A program made the position numbers and the translations under genes. DNA of 64,000 bases from Ophelia neglecta (lineage: Eukaryota), in the NCBI GenBank assembly GCA_965285935.1, contig OZ260667.1, positions 20,770,001-20,834,000 of the forward strand. The letters run 5' to 3'. The notes beneath the pieces were generated by a model, which was given only the letters and a program-made list of their open reading frames with translations, was not told the DNA's origin and made no database searches. Numbering within the stretch: the stretch's first letter is position 1; each line of letters opens with the position of its first letter. Of this stretch, positions 1 to 11,689 are shown piece after piece.

Positions 1-1
1 T

Positions 2-247
2 GGTTCCTTGTTGTCACCCGAGTCTTCAGCCATGGGAGTGATGCCCTTGTATTACCCGGGGCCTATGCCGGATCGCAGAGACGCTCCTTCATCGGGGATT
101 TCCGAGGAAAAACTGGTACGAGAGCGATCACGAGGGCGACAACAACACGAGAGGTGGGGGACCATAACGATTTGCTTGGTGCTAATATTGTCCACCCTTA
201 TTATAGCGGCAATGATAGCAGCGGTGATACTTTCTACCAATTTTTAA
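2..247 (+). CDS. 3' end (last coding exon, 5'-truncated by the window) of a protein with a single C-terminal transmembrane helix (tail-anchored type)
   Basis: Frame is open from the window start to TAA at 245-247. A basic stretch (RERSRGRQQHERW) precedes a ~25-aa hydrophobic segment (TITICLVLILSTLIIAAMIAAVIL) ending 4 aa before the stop. AT-rich 3' region with AATAAA near 530. Confidence 0.55.
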   Translation, partial: GSLLSPESSAMGVMPLYYPGPMPDRRDAPSSGISEEKLVRERSRGRQQHERWGTITICLVLILSTLIIAAMIAAVILSTNF

Positions 248-1298
248 ATTGATGGTGTGTAGCCTCAAGACTGATGGAAATAATGCTCATTCGTGCATGT
301 GATATGATATTTTCAAGACAACATTCCTTGTTTTTGGTAGACTGCCATGAAGAGGCGTATATGTGTGTGTGTGTAGGGGAGGAGTCTTTATGGTCAAGAC
401 GATTATAATTACAATGATTATGATTGTAGTTTAATAAATCATGTGTGTTTTCTATTGTTCTATACCACAATTCCCTATTAGTTTTAAAACTATTTAAGAT
501 ATTCCATTTAGCCATAGTTGCAACGATTTAATAAAGGTTGGTATCTGTGCAGGGTTGAAGAGGACAAAAACTGTTGAGGTACTATAGCTTATAAACTCAG
601 TATATCGAGCTCCTGATAATCATTACCTAGGCCAAACATCTTCTTACATTTTAGCCAACCATTCGCCTGCAATATACAAATGACACAGTGATCCTAAAGT
701 TTTGAAACCAAATGGTGTTTATCGAGCTTAGTCTGGAAACTGTATTCAACACTGCTCACTTTCGTTTATACCATAGTGTATATATGAGTGTGATTCAATT
801 GCTGTATACATATTTAAGCTATTTGAATATGATCATCGCTTTCTTACTTCCTTCTTATAATGTGTCGTTGTTTTTTGCAACCGTTTCTCCCGAAACTATG
901 TTGTCGATGTCGTAAATAATCTCTCATGCGGTACAAGAGCAATATTAGTCTACACTTTCATTCTTAACAGGTAATGTTCATAGACTTTCCTTTGTGTAGT
1001 TTGGAATTTAAGAGCCATACATAGGGCAATATATATCGTAAAAAAGCAAATATTAATATCATGGAGCTTTCTAATAAGCTACACAATGGACAACTAGGGC
1101 GGCAGAAAGGAAGAAGTATCTCCAACAGAAGCAGACTGTTGTGACCAAATTGATTTTTTTTAGCTTTAAGTTTCATAAGCTGTATAATCTTCAACGATAA
1201 TTTTGACATTTGGAACATCGCAGTGGGAATGTTCGAAAGCATGGATGATATCTTAATGATCCGAAAGTTTCTTCAAGTGCATTCTTTGTTCGGCTGTT

Positions 1299-4200
1299 TC
1301 AATTGAGTCTGGTATATTCTCCTTTGTGGTTTTGATGTCGGCGATACTCAAGTCCGTAAAATAAGGCCGCCACGCAGGACATAACTGATGAGAACCAGCC
1401 CAAATGAAAGGAATATTCCAGAGCTATTTCCGAGTCCGGTTTAATGTATTTCTTAGTGGCCTTGTAGCCATACAGGAAAGTGGAAAAACTGGTGAATATT
1501 GCTGAAAAACAATAAATACTTTAAATTTACTACTGTTATTGAGACTCATAGCTACATTTTAAATATTAAGTATATGTCTAGCTCGGGTTCGCAACAGACT
1601 AGATTCTATCATTGAATACAAACTTGGGAAAAACAGGAATACGAAATGAATTGGCCGCATGGTAGACTGTGTAGTTTATAGTTTCATATAATCATGTACT
1701 GTCTTGAATGAGTCCGACAGATCTGACGTTGACAAAATTCTCAACTATGTTATTCTAGAAGAGGGTATAACAACATAACCATGAATGTCTTACATACAAT
1801 TATATAATTATATTTTATGTCGACCAAATAATATAACCATGGTTAAGAAACAACTATTTATTCTCTATATGCCGAAAGGTAAAAACTACACCAAATATTG
1901 GTACTAGTTTAAAGGACTCGTGTTTTGTGTAATTCAACTAGTATGCAATAGTTTTTGCGATAAGACAGTAAAACCAAGTCAAAATAAAAAATGCCTACAA
2001 TATGAAATTGACCTTAGACCAGTGTCTTGTTTTTTATTTATAAAGAAACATTGCCCTTTTTTGATAATTTCTCGTTACTCCTGATTTGCAATATTTCAAA
2101 TGAACATTCATTTATATAGACTCCTATAATGTTAACGTTGAATTGACTTCTAGTAAATATAAAACGGGATGGAGTTGACTTAAATTTATGTTTCTATTAT
2201 CGAAAGAACCACGTAACACACGGACAATTATCAAATAATACAACTAGGAGATGTGTATTTTCATTTTAAAGTTCGCTAGTAGTGTCTGCTACAGGTACTG
2301 GATCATGTTAACCGTAACAACATTTCGGTAAAGCTAGAACCCGGAACTTTGTGTGGTTTTCTGGTACAATAGAGGTATATCAAATGTTGGTGCCCTGCTC
2401 GCAATTTAAGCCTTACAAAGGGGTATACTTATTTAAACACCGTACATTTGCAAGTATATGATTTTTTTTCACAAAATTCTAAGACCCGTTTTGTTAAAAT
2501 GTTTGATTAGCTTTTGATAAGTATACTAGTAGTCACTTATATCTTCATACATACTTATCTGTGATTTATACTTTCTTTGCTTGTAAATATTGTATACGAT
2601 TATATTGCCAAATAGACTATTTTACTGTATGGCATCATAAATACGCAGTTGGTAAACTGCTGAGCTAGAGAGTGGTATCGCAAAAGTAGTGGGTCCGAAG
2701 AAAGAAAAAGAACCAACTTGAGAAGCATATGCCAAGGAAGGATAATAATTAGAAGTTGAAAAATACATTTTATATTCAAGATATAAATAACCAGTCCTAG
2801 AAACGACTTACCAGCCACCAATATGATGGCGCTGGATAGCAATATGAAGCTGTCACAGGACAGTCGATTCTCTCGTGTGGCCCAAAACACCAGAGACAAC
2901 AGAAGATGAAAGGACATAAGCAGCAGACCAAGAACAGCAAACGCCTGGACTATGTGTAACCAGCCTATAACAGATACATACAATGTCTACTGAGCTTCAT
3001 CTGCGGAAGTAATCTCACTTTATTATTATTAATATTAATATTATTATTATTAATATTATTATTATTATTATTATAGTATTATCATTATTTCATTGCCATT
3101 ATTATCATTTTCATTAAGTACTTTTGTAAAAATAAAAAGGGGGGGGGTTAGGTATCGGCCTATGTCCGAGCCAAAACAAACATCGCCAGCGAAATTTGTT
3201 TTTGATATGTAGTGCCACCCTAGTGCCTATACTACTTCCTCTCAAGCAATATGGTGACATAAGCTTGTTAACACAATTGTGCAAAACGCTTCGGAGTAAC
3301 GGAGCAGAAATTGACTGGGAGGAAGCGTTTTTGGCCAATCATGAACTTACTAATTTTTGGTAGATAACCGAATATATTTATTCGCCACAGCAACGCAAAT
3401 AAAGAAAGGGATACTCAAAAAATGTCGAACTTTGTTTCAGCGTTTCATATTTCGTGTACTTGAACTGATTTGCAACGGTCTTTCAAGATGTCTATTAACC
3501 CAAAGCAATTTCTTGTTACGTTTTTCAAAGTACCCACCTTAGAAAAATTGTGTGGCCTAAGGAAATATCATCTTCTGGTTATCGCCTAACATTTGAAGCT
3601 TGAGCCAAAGCAGGCTAGGAATAAAGCCAAAATTCTTAAATACTTAGCTAGGCACTTCGTTGAATGTTTTAGACTTTAGTGTTCATGCAAATTTGGCTAT
3701 TGAAGGATTCTCTCAAAGGCCCAAATGTTTGAAGGGCGCAAAAAGAAATTAGAAAGTCGGGAGCGTGAACGCGAACGTGTAGAACGTGAGCGTGAAGAAC
3801 GTGAAAGTGCTCGCTAGAAAAAAGCTAGAGTAAGAAAATCGCACTTGTATTATCCCCTCTCAAATAAGAAACAAAGATAGTTATATCAGCAGAGCAATTC
3901 CTTTGATTCCACCTTTCAGAGAGAGAGAGAGAAGTTGATAAGAATTCATCCACTTTTTATCAAGACCAATTTTGCGAGATAAGGTTGCATCCCAGGCCTT
4001 GTTATTGGAGAGTTTATTGCCATTGTCTGAGGCTACTTCAATGGGTGCGAATGTATTCAAGGAGAAGGTGTGATTTCAAAAGTGTCCGTCTTAATAAGAT
4101 TATTTTGCAGTCAAACACAGTTACAAGCCCTGTGACTGTTGGAGTTGGACAAACATTCCCTGTTGAAGGATTAGGTCGAGTAAGTCAAGCAAGAGGTCCC

Positions 4201-6085
4201 TGGTATTTTTCTTGTTTGTGCTGTCACTCGAGCTATGGCCAGCCAACAACCTGATCTCTCATCCACTGATAGTGATTTTAACCTATCAGAATATTGTTTC
4301 TCTGACTGGGTAATTGAATCTGATTCAGGTAAACTGCTGAATCCAAATATTAGCAGGCAGTTGTTGATTGTTGAGCAGGAGGCAGATCCTCATTTGACCT
4401 ACTGCCATGCAGGCGCCCTACTAAGAGTGAGGTTCTTACTGTTACACTGATACTGATACTGATACTCATATGTTAATTTAAGCAGGATGGTGTTCTCATA
4501 AGGAGGTGGACTCCAACTAAAATTTCTTGGGAGAATGAATGGCAAATTGTATATCCCATTTTTGTGGTGTCACCTTTAGACAAGATATTTTGAAGTTGGC
4601 TTATGAAATCCCTATTTCAGGCCATTTCGGAACTAAAAAGCCACTTACCGGATTAGGCGTCATTTCTATTGACCTAAAATCAGGGTGTTGTCGGAGAGTT
4701 TTGTCGGTCGTGTTACATGTGCTAACTGGTAGGAAAGCCCAATCTGAAAATTCCAGTAGCAATCTGGCGGCCGAAGCATGCCTTTTTGAACCTTTTAGAA
4801 GGGTAATTATTGATGGTGTATGACCTCTCACCAAGAGCAAACCTGGTAGTTAATATTTGTTGACAATTATGTGTTCATCTTCTAGATTTTCAGAAGCTAT
4901 TCCTTTGAGAAGATTTTTTTACGCTAGTAGGTTTGCCTCGGGAGAAACATTCCGATCGAGATAGCAACGTCCTGTCAAGGATATTTCAGCAGGTCATGAA
5001 ACAGCTAGAGATTCAGCAGTTCAACTCTACTTTTTTATCCAGAAAGTCAGGGTGCCCTTGAGATATTCCACAAAACACTTAAAACCATGATTAAAACCTA
5101 TTGTTTTGATACGAGTAACGGTTAGGATGTGTCTTGTTTGTTGTACGGGGAGTAGTTCAGGAGTCTCGGGGATTTAGCCTATTTTAACTTGTTTTTAAAC
5201 TTGTGACATACCGTGAGGTGGCCCCGTAAGTTATTGAAGGAAAAAAGGTTGGATGAGGAAACCCAATCAATGAATTAAGTCTAAATATATCGTGACCGTG
5301 CTTTAAGACTTATGAAACTGCCAGCCAGAAGTTGCGAAAGTCTCAAAAAGACATAAAGGCATTGTATGATGTGAAGTGAAAGGAGCGCTTGTTTCGTCCA
5401 GGTTAGCAAGTTTAGGCGTTATTGACGGTCCCATGTAACTCTCTTCGAGCTTGTTATTAAGCAAAAGATACAAGGACACCGATGAAAGGTCGTCTAGATT
5501 TGATGCACTTTTCTTGATTGATGATTTTGGGGTGTCTGCCGGGTATCTACTCTGGTTGTATTTGTGTTTTTTTGGTAAATGTGCATATGATTTTGATAGG
5601 GACCCGTCACTCTGGATTCAAACTGGCTTTTCAGGGCACCGTATGGGAATTAAGTGTGTTTTTGCAAGTAACTCAGGTATATAGAAAAATATTGGTGAAA
5701 AAGCATAAATTGCATACAAAAAGGTGCTAATTATTTCTTTACAACCTATATGAGAATGCACTTAAATGATTAAATGCATAACTCATCGACGAAATATCAA
5801 CAAATTAATGAAAATTAATGTTAGTGAAACATTACCTCCGAGTTCATTTAGTATTTTGTCATTATCTTCGAACACAGATGCACATTTGTTGTCTAGACAA
5901 GCTGTCCACATCCCCACTTGCAGCCTCATTTCTCCCACAGAGCCTCCGAGCCAATGATAGGAGGAAAAGGCTATGACGTAAAACAACAGCGACACCACTT
6001 GGCAAAGCATAGAACTACCCCATCGCCATGTTAGTTTGTCCCTGGGATATTGTTGGCACTCCCAGTTGAAAAAATCTTCCTTCAT
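1299..6085 (-). CDS. Claudin/PMP22/EMP/MP20-family tetraspan membrane protein, 3 exons, ~201 aa
   Basis: Exons 6085-5836, 2964-2812, 1501-1299 joined by phase-1 GT-AG introns give an uninterrupted 606-nt frame. W...G(L/M)W..C....C first-loop motif (HWLGG...VGMWTACLDNKC), four hydrophobic segments, 'YSFHLGW' before TM4, ends EYTRLN*. Confidence 0.88.
3019..3115. repeat. Imperfect (ATT)n microsatellite in intron 1 of the claudin-like gene
   Basis: Directly visible tattattatt... run. Confidence 0.9.
3600..5455 (+). mobile_element. Degenerate Gypsy/Ty3 LTR retrotransposon fragment, Gmr1-like order (gag - protease - integrase), many stops and frameshifts
   Basis: Translated pieces: gag-like ERERERVEREREER and ISRAIPLIPPFRE (~3760-3950); protease C-terminal part QSNTVTSPVTVGVGQTFPVEG (~4110-4170); CAVTRAMA linker; integrase zinc-binding region FRQDILKLAYEIPISGHFG; rve core EPFRRVIIDGV*PL...YLLTIMC..SRFSEAIPL, YPESQGALEIFHKTLKTMI, QESRGFS. 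No LTR pair identified. Confidence 0.85.
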
Positions 6086-6719
6086 TTTGTATATTACCCA
6101 GCTAAATTCTCAGCGTACCTTCGTACTTTCTATCTATGTTGTATGTAGGCTACATATAGAACAATCCTGCATTTCCAAGTCCAAGAAAGAAGGTCACAAA
6201 TGAATTTAATGTTATAAAAGCAAGCCAATAGTACACGAGTTATAGTTCATATGTTCACACTTATAGGTTTAATGGTGCACTGATTTAACACCTCTAACCC
6301 ACAACCGTGTGTAAGCCGACTTATCAGTTAATATATTCATATACCTACCTCATCCATGTGTTACTGAAAAGACACATCTTGTACTTCGACCGTGTATCTC
6401 GGTGGTTCTTATCAAACCTCTTATGCCTGTCCAATCTAGTCACATAGAACCAGCCAATAATACATTGTCACCAGTAAGTGTAGTAACTCATGTTTAAAAA
6501 CATTTCAATCCAGATTTTCATCTATATATTGTTGGCTTAACCATGAGCGTTTGTACACCCATAAATGACAAAAATCCGCCGTAATATATCCGTGTATAGT
6601 ATTATGAAGAAATCTTTTCATGACCTGAACATAAAACGACACATTTTTATCATAAGTTAATCAAAGGTCAAGGTAACATTATCAAATTTATTCTTCTGGT
6701 CCTACCACCACGCATATAT

Positions 6720-6965
6720 AGGCAGCAGGTGAAAGTCATCTCTGACTATAACCCGTTAGAGGCAATCGCCAAGATGCCACTCTCAAAAGCACCAACGAAG
6801 CTGCAATCCATCATTCTATACGTACTCAAAGAGAACGATTTCAGCATGAACTACCTGCCAGGAACACCATTTCCCATTACAGTCACCGTCGTGTGTGCCC
6901 AACTAAAAGAAGAGCACAGGTCTGACATTATCAATGTTATTAAAATAACGTTCCTACCAATAACA
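6720..6965 (+). mobile_element. Short Gypsy-type RNase H fragment of an LTR retrotransposon (different family from the intronic one)
   Basis: KVISDYNPLEAIAKMPLSKAPTKLQSIIL...DFSMNYLPG resembles the RNase H motif TDHKPL..I.KKPL..AP.RLQR..L.L..YD....Y.PG. Confidence 0.7.
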
Positions 6966-7085
6966 AAGAAAAAGGGTGGCCCAAACTGAATGAAGAACCT
7001 CCTTCTCGAGTACAATTAAACTAGCGAAATACTCCAAATTAATCTTTTTAAACCAACACATTCTTTCTTAAGAAGGCATAACATA

Positions 7086-7300
7086 CTCCCGGAGGGGGGG
7101 GGGGGTACTTCCCCTGGACATTGGATGGTATGCTCCGCCCAAAGTCCCAATATGGTGGGCCCAAAAATAGCGGAATATGTAGACCCAAATATAGCTGAAA
7201 ATATCGGTAAAATAAGCTGAAACAAGGGTCAAAAAGAGCGATTTGCTCAAAAGCAAGTGTCTTAAATAGTGGACGACTAACTATAGCGGCGACTAAACCT
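7086..7300. mobile_element. Possible terminus of a non-autonomous DNA transposon/MITE (CCCGG-polyG-TACT end)
   Basis: cccggagggggggggggggtacttcccc resembles a common terminal motif of marine-invertebrate non-autonomous elements; matching opposite end not found. Confidence 0.3.
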
Positions 7301-8453
7301 CGGAGCATACATTTAAACATTAAGAACAAAAAACTTAATCAATCACGACTTTCTCAGGTTTATATGAGAGTCGCATTCACATTGAACATTTTAATTAGGA
7401 TGTTTGTAAGGCTTAATAGTTGTTTAGTATGCGCACGGCACATTTTTATTTTTGACAAATCTGACTAAACAAGGATTCAGTAGGGCTAGTCACCGGTCGA
7501 AGATAGAATGACATCGTCGCGACAAAAATAAAATCGTCTGTAGCAGAACGATAAATTGTGTTAGGAGATGAGAACACATTAAACTCCTTGCCTTTTATTA
7601 AAGATCATTTTATTTTTGGGATTTATTTCTTTCCTGTTCTATTATAATAATAAATTTCTTTTTTATTATCATTTATGCCATAATTTTGCTTCTTTACGTA
7701 TTTTATAGCTGTAGTTTTGTCAAAAGTCCAAATTTGTTTAATCTAAACCATCAATATGAGCCCCATGCTGCCTATTGCTCTACTAAACATATTATAGATA
7801 TTTGATTATGAACCAGATACGGAAACTAGGCCTATTACCCTTTAGCAAATTTGACCAAAACACACTGCTCATCGCAAAATTTGGTAAAATGAGTATATTG
7901 TATTCCCGGTTCCCAGCAACCACGTCGTCAACTTATCCTTTTAGGGATCAGTATTTCACGGACATGATCTTGAAAATTTAGTATTACACATTCATGACAC
8001 TTTTTACTGTTTTTTTTTTCATTCAATCGTACTTACCATAGCAAACAAGGTACATGCTATAGATTCCATCGTTGGTATTTATAATATATACAAACCGCCA
8101 TAACCCGGGCAGCCTAAACTGCGTAACTAATTAATCAAGTTAATGATCCAATAAGTTTGAAACTTTAAGTGTGACTGATTACATGAACAGATAATGCAAA
8201 CTAAAGAGCATTGTAAACCGAAGAAAAGCAGATTTCATTTATTCATTTATTTCAAATTTATACATGAGTTACGGGGATTTCAATGTTGCAACAAGATACT
8301 TTTTTATGGTGTCTTAATTGGAATAATAATGTTAATGCGAAAGGGCATGCCCAGGCGTTTTTTTTAGATTATATGGCGCCCTCCAATATCTGGCCTTGTA
8401 CTTAAGCTATCAATTCCCAATAATGATACTATTCTGATTTATGTTTGGGGCAA

Positions 8454-10346
8454 TTAGCCCTTGTATATGTTGGTGTATTGTCCACAGGAGACTGCTAATA
8501 TCCTGTTAGAATGGTCAAATGTCACGTGACTAGGACTGCCATCTAAATCTTTAGCAGTTAAAAGTACCTGCCACCTAGCAGTGTCATGTTCGCTCCAAAA
8601 AGCAACCAATCGTCCACGGTCACAAACGACCAGCCTCCCCGCCGGATCTGTGCTTAGCCCGGTCGATGAGTCCAGTTGGCCTTCACCTCCGCATATCTTC
8701 AGGAGCTGCCCCGTTATTGTGTAGAGAGAAACACTGTTTTTTTCGGTGTCAGAGACAGCAATGATGGAGTGACCAATGCCATGGACAGTCCCAGTATGAA
8801 GGCCACCGATGGCAGAAACCCCAAACTCAACGATCGGAATCTTCTTTAATGGATCTATAACTAAAATGCGATTAGCCTCCCTACTTCCTACTACATATAA
8901 GTGGTTATCTTTGCAATAGGAAACAGCAGAAAGTTGATGACCGCACTTAATCATATCACATGCGTACCCTTCCTTATCCATCCTCAATAATGTGTCCTTC
9001 ACAGCAACAAGATAAAGACATTTTTTGTCATCTAGTGCTATCCCTGAGCACGCTTTACCTTCTTCGCCATGCACAGAAAATTCGTGGTTTATTTTCCCAT
9101 TATACTTGAAGGATTTAACTCCTGGCCAATGAGGGCAAACTAGCAGTCGTTTATGACTAGAGTCAGTTGTGAGACCTGCTATATTCCCAGTGTTTATTGA
9201 TAATATATTCATTGGTTTGACAAATGGCGTGAACTTGAGGGTTACTCTCGCCCACTCTGTGTGATATTTTGTATCGATGGCAGCTAATTTTTTTTTTATG
9301 CCTCGGATGATTTCCATGTATGCGTCATCCATGATCGGGACCTTGTATTCAAAATCATTTGCTTCGTATTCAAACTTTCCAATGTACTGTTGTGATATTT
9401 CTTTATCTTTGAGAATTATTTCAAGGGCAGAGGGTGCACCTGCTAGGAGTGTATTGATGCCGAGGACAGTCTGCGCATGTGTGGCGTTGAACTCCTGTAC
9501 CTTGTTGTCTAGTGAGCGAAGTTTATCAATTCCGTCCGATATATTGCTTTTTATACTTAATTGAATATTTTGCATGCGAGCTTCCAATTTTTTTAACTCT
9601 GTTCGAGCGCTATCGACACTATCGAGTAGTTTATGTTGAGCACATTCTAATCCTTTCACCTTGCTTCTCAAAGATTCAAGTTCACTATTAGGAACAGTGT
9701 AACCAGCACACTTTTTGGCTAATCTGTTGAGATGCTCACGACTTTTTTTAGCCATTTCTTGGATGTCCTTGATTTCGTGTTCTTGATGCTTATCCATGAA
9801 ACAAACGGAACATATTCCATCCGAACAGGTGTCACAGAAAAGATTCTTGTGCTCGTTTGGGTGGGTTGAACAGAAGTCGTCAGGTATAATGGAAAGAGAA
9901 GTGTGGCCAATAAAGTGTTCTAGGCCTTTGTGCTTAGATTTTCCCACGTCACAATAGTATTTGTTACATTTCTGACAATACAAGGAAGCGACATGTTTAC
10001 TCCCTGTGCAGAGCTGACAATATTTGGATGCTCCTAAAAGTTCAGTACATTTCTTCGACTCTTTGATGAAGCTCGAAATATGAGACTGCAGTTGATTAGC
10101 CAGAATTGACATCGGCAAATCGCTGACACCGTTAGCCGTAAGCTCTGTAACATGCCTGCACGAAGGACAAGTCACATGACCCAAGGTATGATTACTCGCA
10201 ATGCCTATAAAGCATACTTTACAAAAAGTATGCCCACATTTAAGAATGTAAGGTCCCGACATTTTCTCGAGACACACCGGACAGTCCAATAGATTATATA
10301 TGTCGTTGGTATCGATGAATCCCCCATAAACATTAGAGGCTGCCAT
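8454..10346 (-). CDS. TRIM E3 ubiquitin ligase (RING, two B-boxes, coiled coil, degenerate NHL/beta-propeller), single coding exon, 630 aa
   Basis: RING CPVC...CGHTFCKVC...CPSCR; B-box1 CQLC...CQKCNKYYCD...H...H; B-box2 CSTH...CDTC...CSVC...HQEH; heptad-rich middle; NHL-like repeats (GQLDSSTGLSTDPAGRLVVCD, IAVSDTEKNSVSLY). ATG at 10346 lies just downstream of a splice acceptor (tgtatttgtag, 10370-10380), so the 5'UTR is probably spliced. Minus-strand AATAAA at ~8238-8251. Confidence 0.93.
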   Translation of the reverse strand: MAASNVYGGFIDTNDIYNLLDCPVCLEKMSGPYILKCGHTFCKVCFIGIASNHTLGHVTCPSCRHVTELTANGVSDLPMSILANQLQSHISSFIKESKKCTELLGASKYCQLCTGSKHVASLYCQKCNKYYCDVGKSKHKGLEHFIGHTSLSIIPDDFCSTHPNEHKNLFCDTCSDGICSVCFMDKHQEHEIKDIQEMAKKSREHLNRLAKKCAGYTVPNSELESLRSKVKGLECAQHKLLDSVDSARTELKKLEARMQNIQLSIKSNISDGIDKLRSLDNKVQEFNATHAQTVLGINTLLAGAPSALEIILKDKEISQQYIGKFEYEANDFEYKVPIMDDAYMEIIRGIKKKLAAIDTKYHTEWARVTLKFTPFVKPMNILSINTGNIAGLTTDSSHKRLLVCPHWPGVKSFKYNGKINHEFSVHGEEGKACSGIALDDKKCLYLVAVKDTLLRMDKEGYACDMIKCGHQLSAVSYCKDNHLYVVGSREANRILVIDPLKKIPIVEFGVSAIGGLHTGTVHGIGHSIIAVSDTEKNSVSLYTITGQLLKICGGEGQLDSSTGLSTDPAGRLVVCDRGRLVAFWSEHDTARWQVLLTAKDLDGSPSHVTFDHSNRILAVSCGQYTNIYKG

Positions 10347-11689
10347 TATCAACAACCAAGCATACGGACCTACAAATACATCAGTACTGTTATAGGGACA
10401 CTTCCTTCTTGATAACTCAAGGGCGATAAAGCGGGACGGAACTACTTAGGAGTGTTTACACACTGTCTGTCTAATACTGATCAGGGTCCCCTTTATCGGT
10501 ATGTATCGGCATGCAGTTTATTCATTGCATGACGGGTTCAAAAATTCTTCTCTCTACTTATTGAAAGTAGATTGGAAAACTGTGAATGTTGGCAGTCATG
10601 AACCAGCGGCCACACCTTTGGAGTGGTTTGCCCCTGTAATTATGAGTCATTGCTTCTTACCATAATTTTAAAACAACTTTGAATGCGTTTATCATATTGG
10701 GGTATAGTGTATTGTTAACGCTGTTGCACATAGGATTCATTATTAGCGTTAAAATTGGCCACTTAATGGGTGGTGATTGATTGTTGCATTAATCTTGTCT
10801 GTATATTTTTGTGATTTTTTGTCATCACGTTGTTTAATATTTGCCTGGGATTGATTTGACTATAGTTTTGTTCTCATTTTACTAATAATAAGGCTGGACC
10901 CCTCGAAAGAATAGCAGCGCTGAAAGGGTATCACAGGGTCAAGACTTTAGATAATTTAACAAATGTTTCAGTGTCGTTAAGGGGAACTGGTTTAATTGCA
11001 AACCATTGCATTCCGCCGATGTTTTAAGATTATACAAGACACATTCATATATAAATATGTATGGTCATCTATATTGCACACTGTGAAGTGAACGCGATAA
11101 AGTAAAATGAAGATTTACGTAGTGCAAAATAAATAGGTTAAAAGTTTTATCAAGTACGGCATAGTAATTGTTATAAACAAAGGTAACATTCATATAGTAG
11201 TCCAGAAACCTTTTCGGGTACTGCAAAATTTTGCGTGTCACATGTCTGAATTTGGCCTATCACGTGATAGTATACATTTAAACATAGAACAATCGGATGT
11301 TTCTGTCGGCTGAAAGGCCAAAAGAACTAATTAATGCAATTTGTAGTTTGTTTAATGAAAATGATATGCCGTAAACGTTGTTGTATTTATTGGTGTATAT
11401 GGTACAGCAAATTCTACGTTTGAGTTTCACTAATATAAGATATTTCAAAATGGTCTAAAAATCCACCCACGCTGTTGACTGTTGCAGCACGTAGGCAATG
11501 AATACTTTCTTGTATAATTAGCTTGTATAATACAGCGTATCAAATATTGCATTAAACTACTCAATAACCTAACCACGACAATAACCTAATTTCAGTAACA
11601 AATGATAGAATGGAAACCTAGGCACTAGACCCGAGGCACTAGAGGATTTAGCGTTGGGGTAATAAAGCTTCTTTGCCATTATATGTCTT

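Noticed and set aside
6720-6965. RNase H fragment as the missing 3' part of the intronic Gmr1-like element
   Set aside because: It is separated from that element by the host's exon 1, and its motif style suggests another Gypsy family; treated as an independent fragment.
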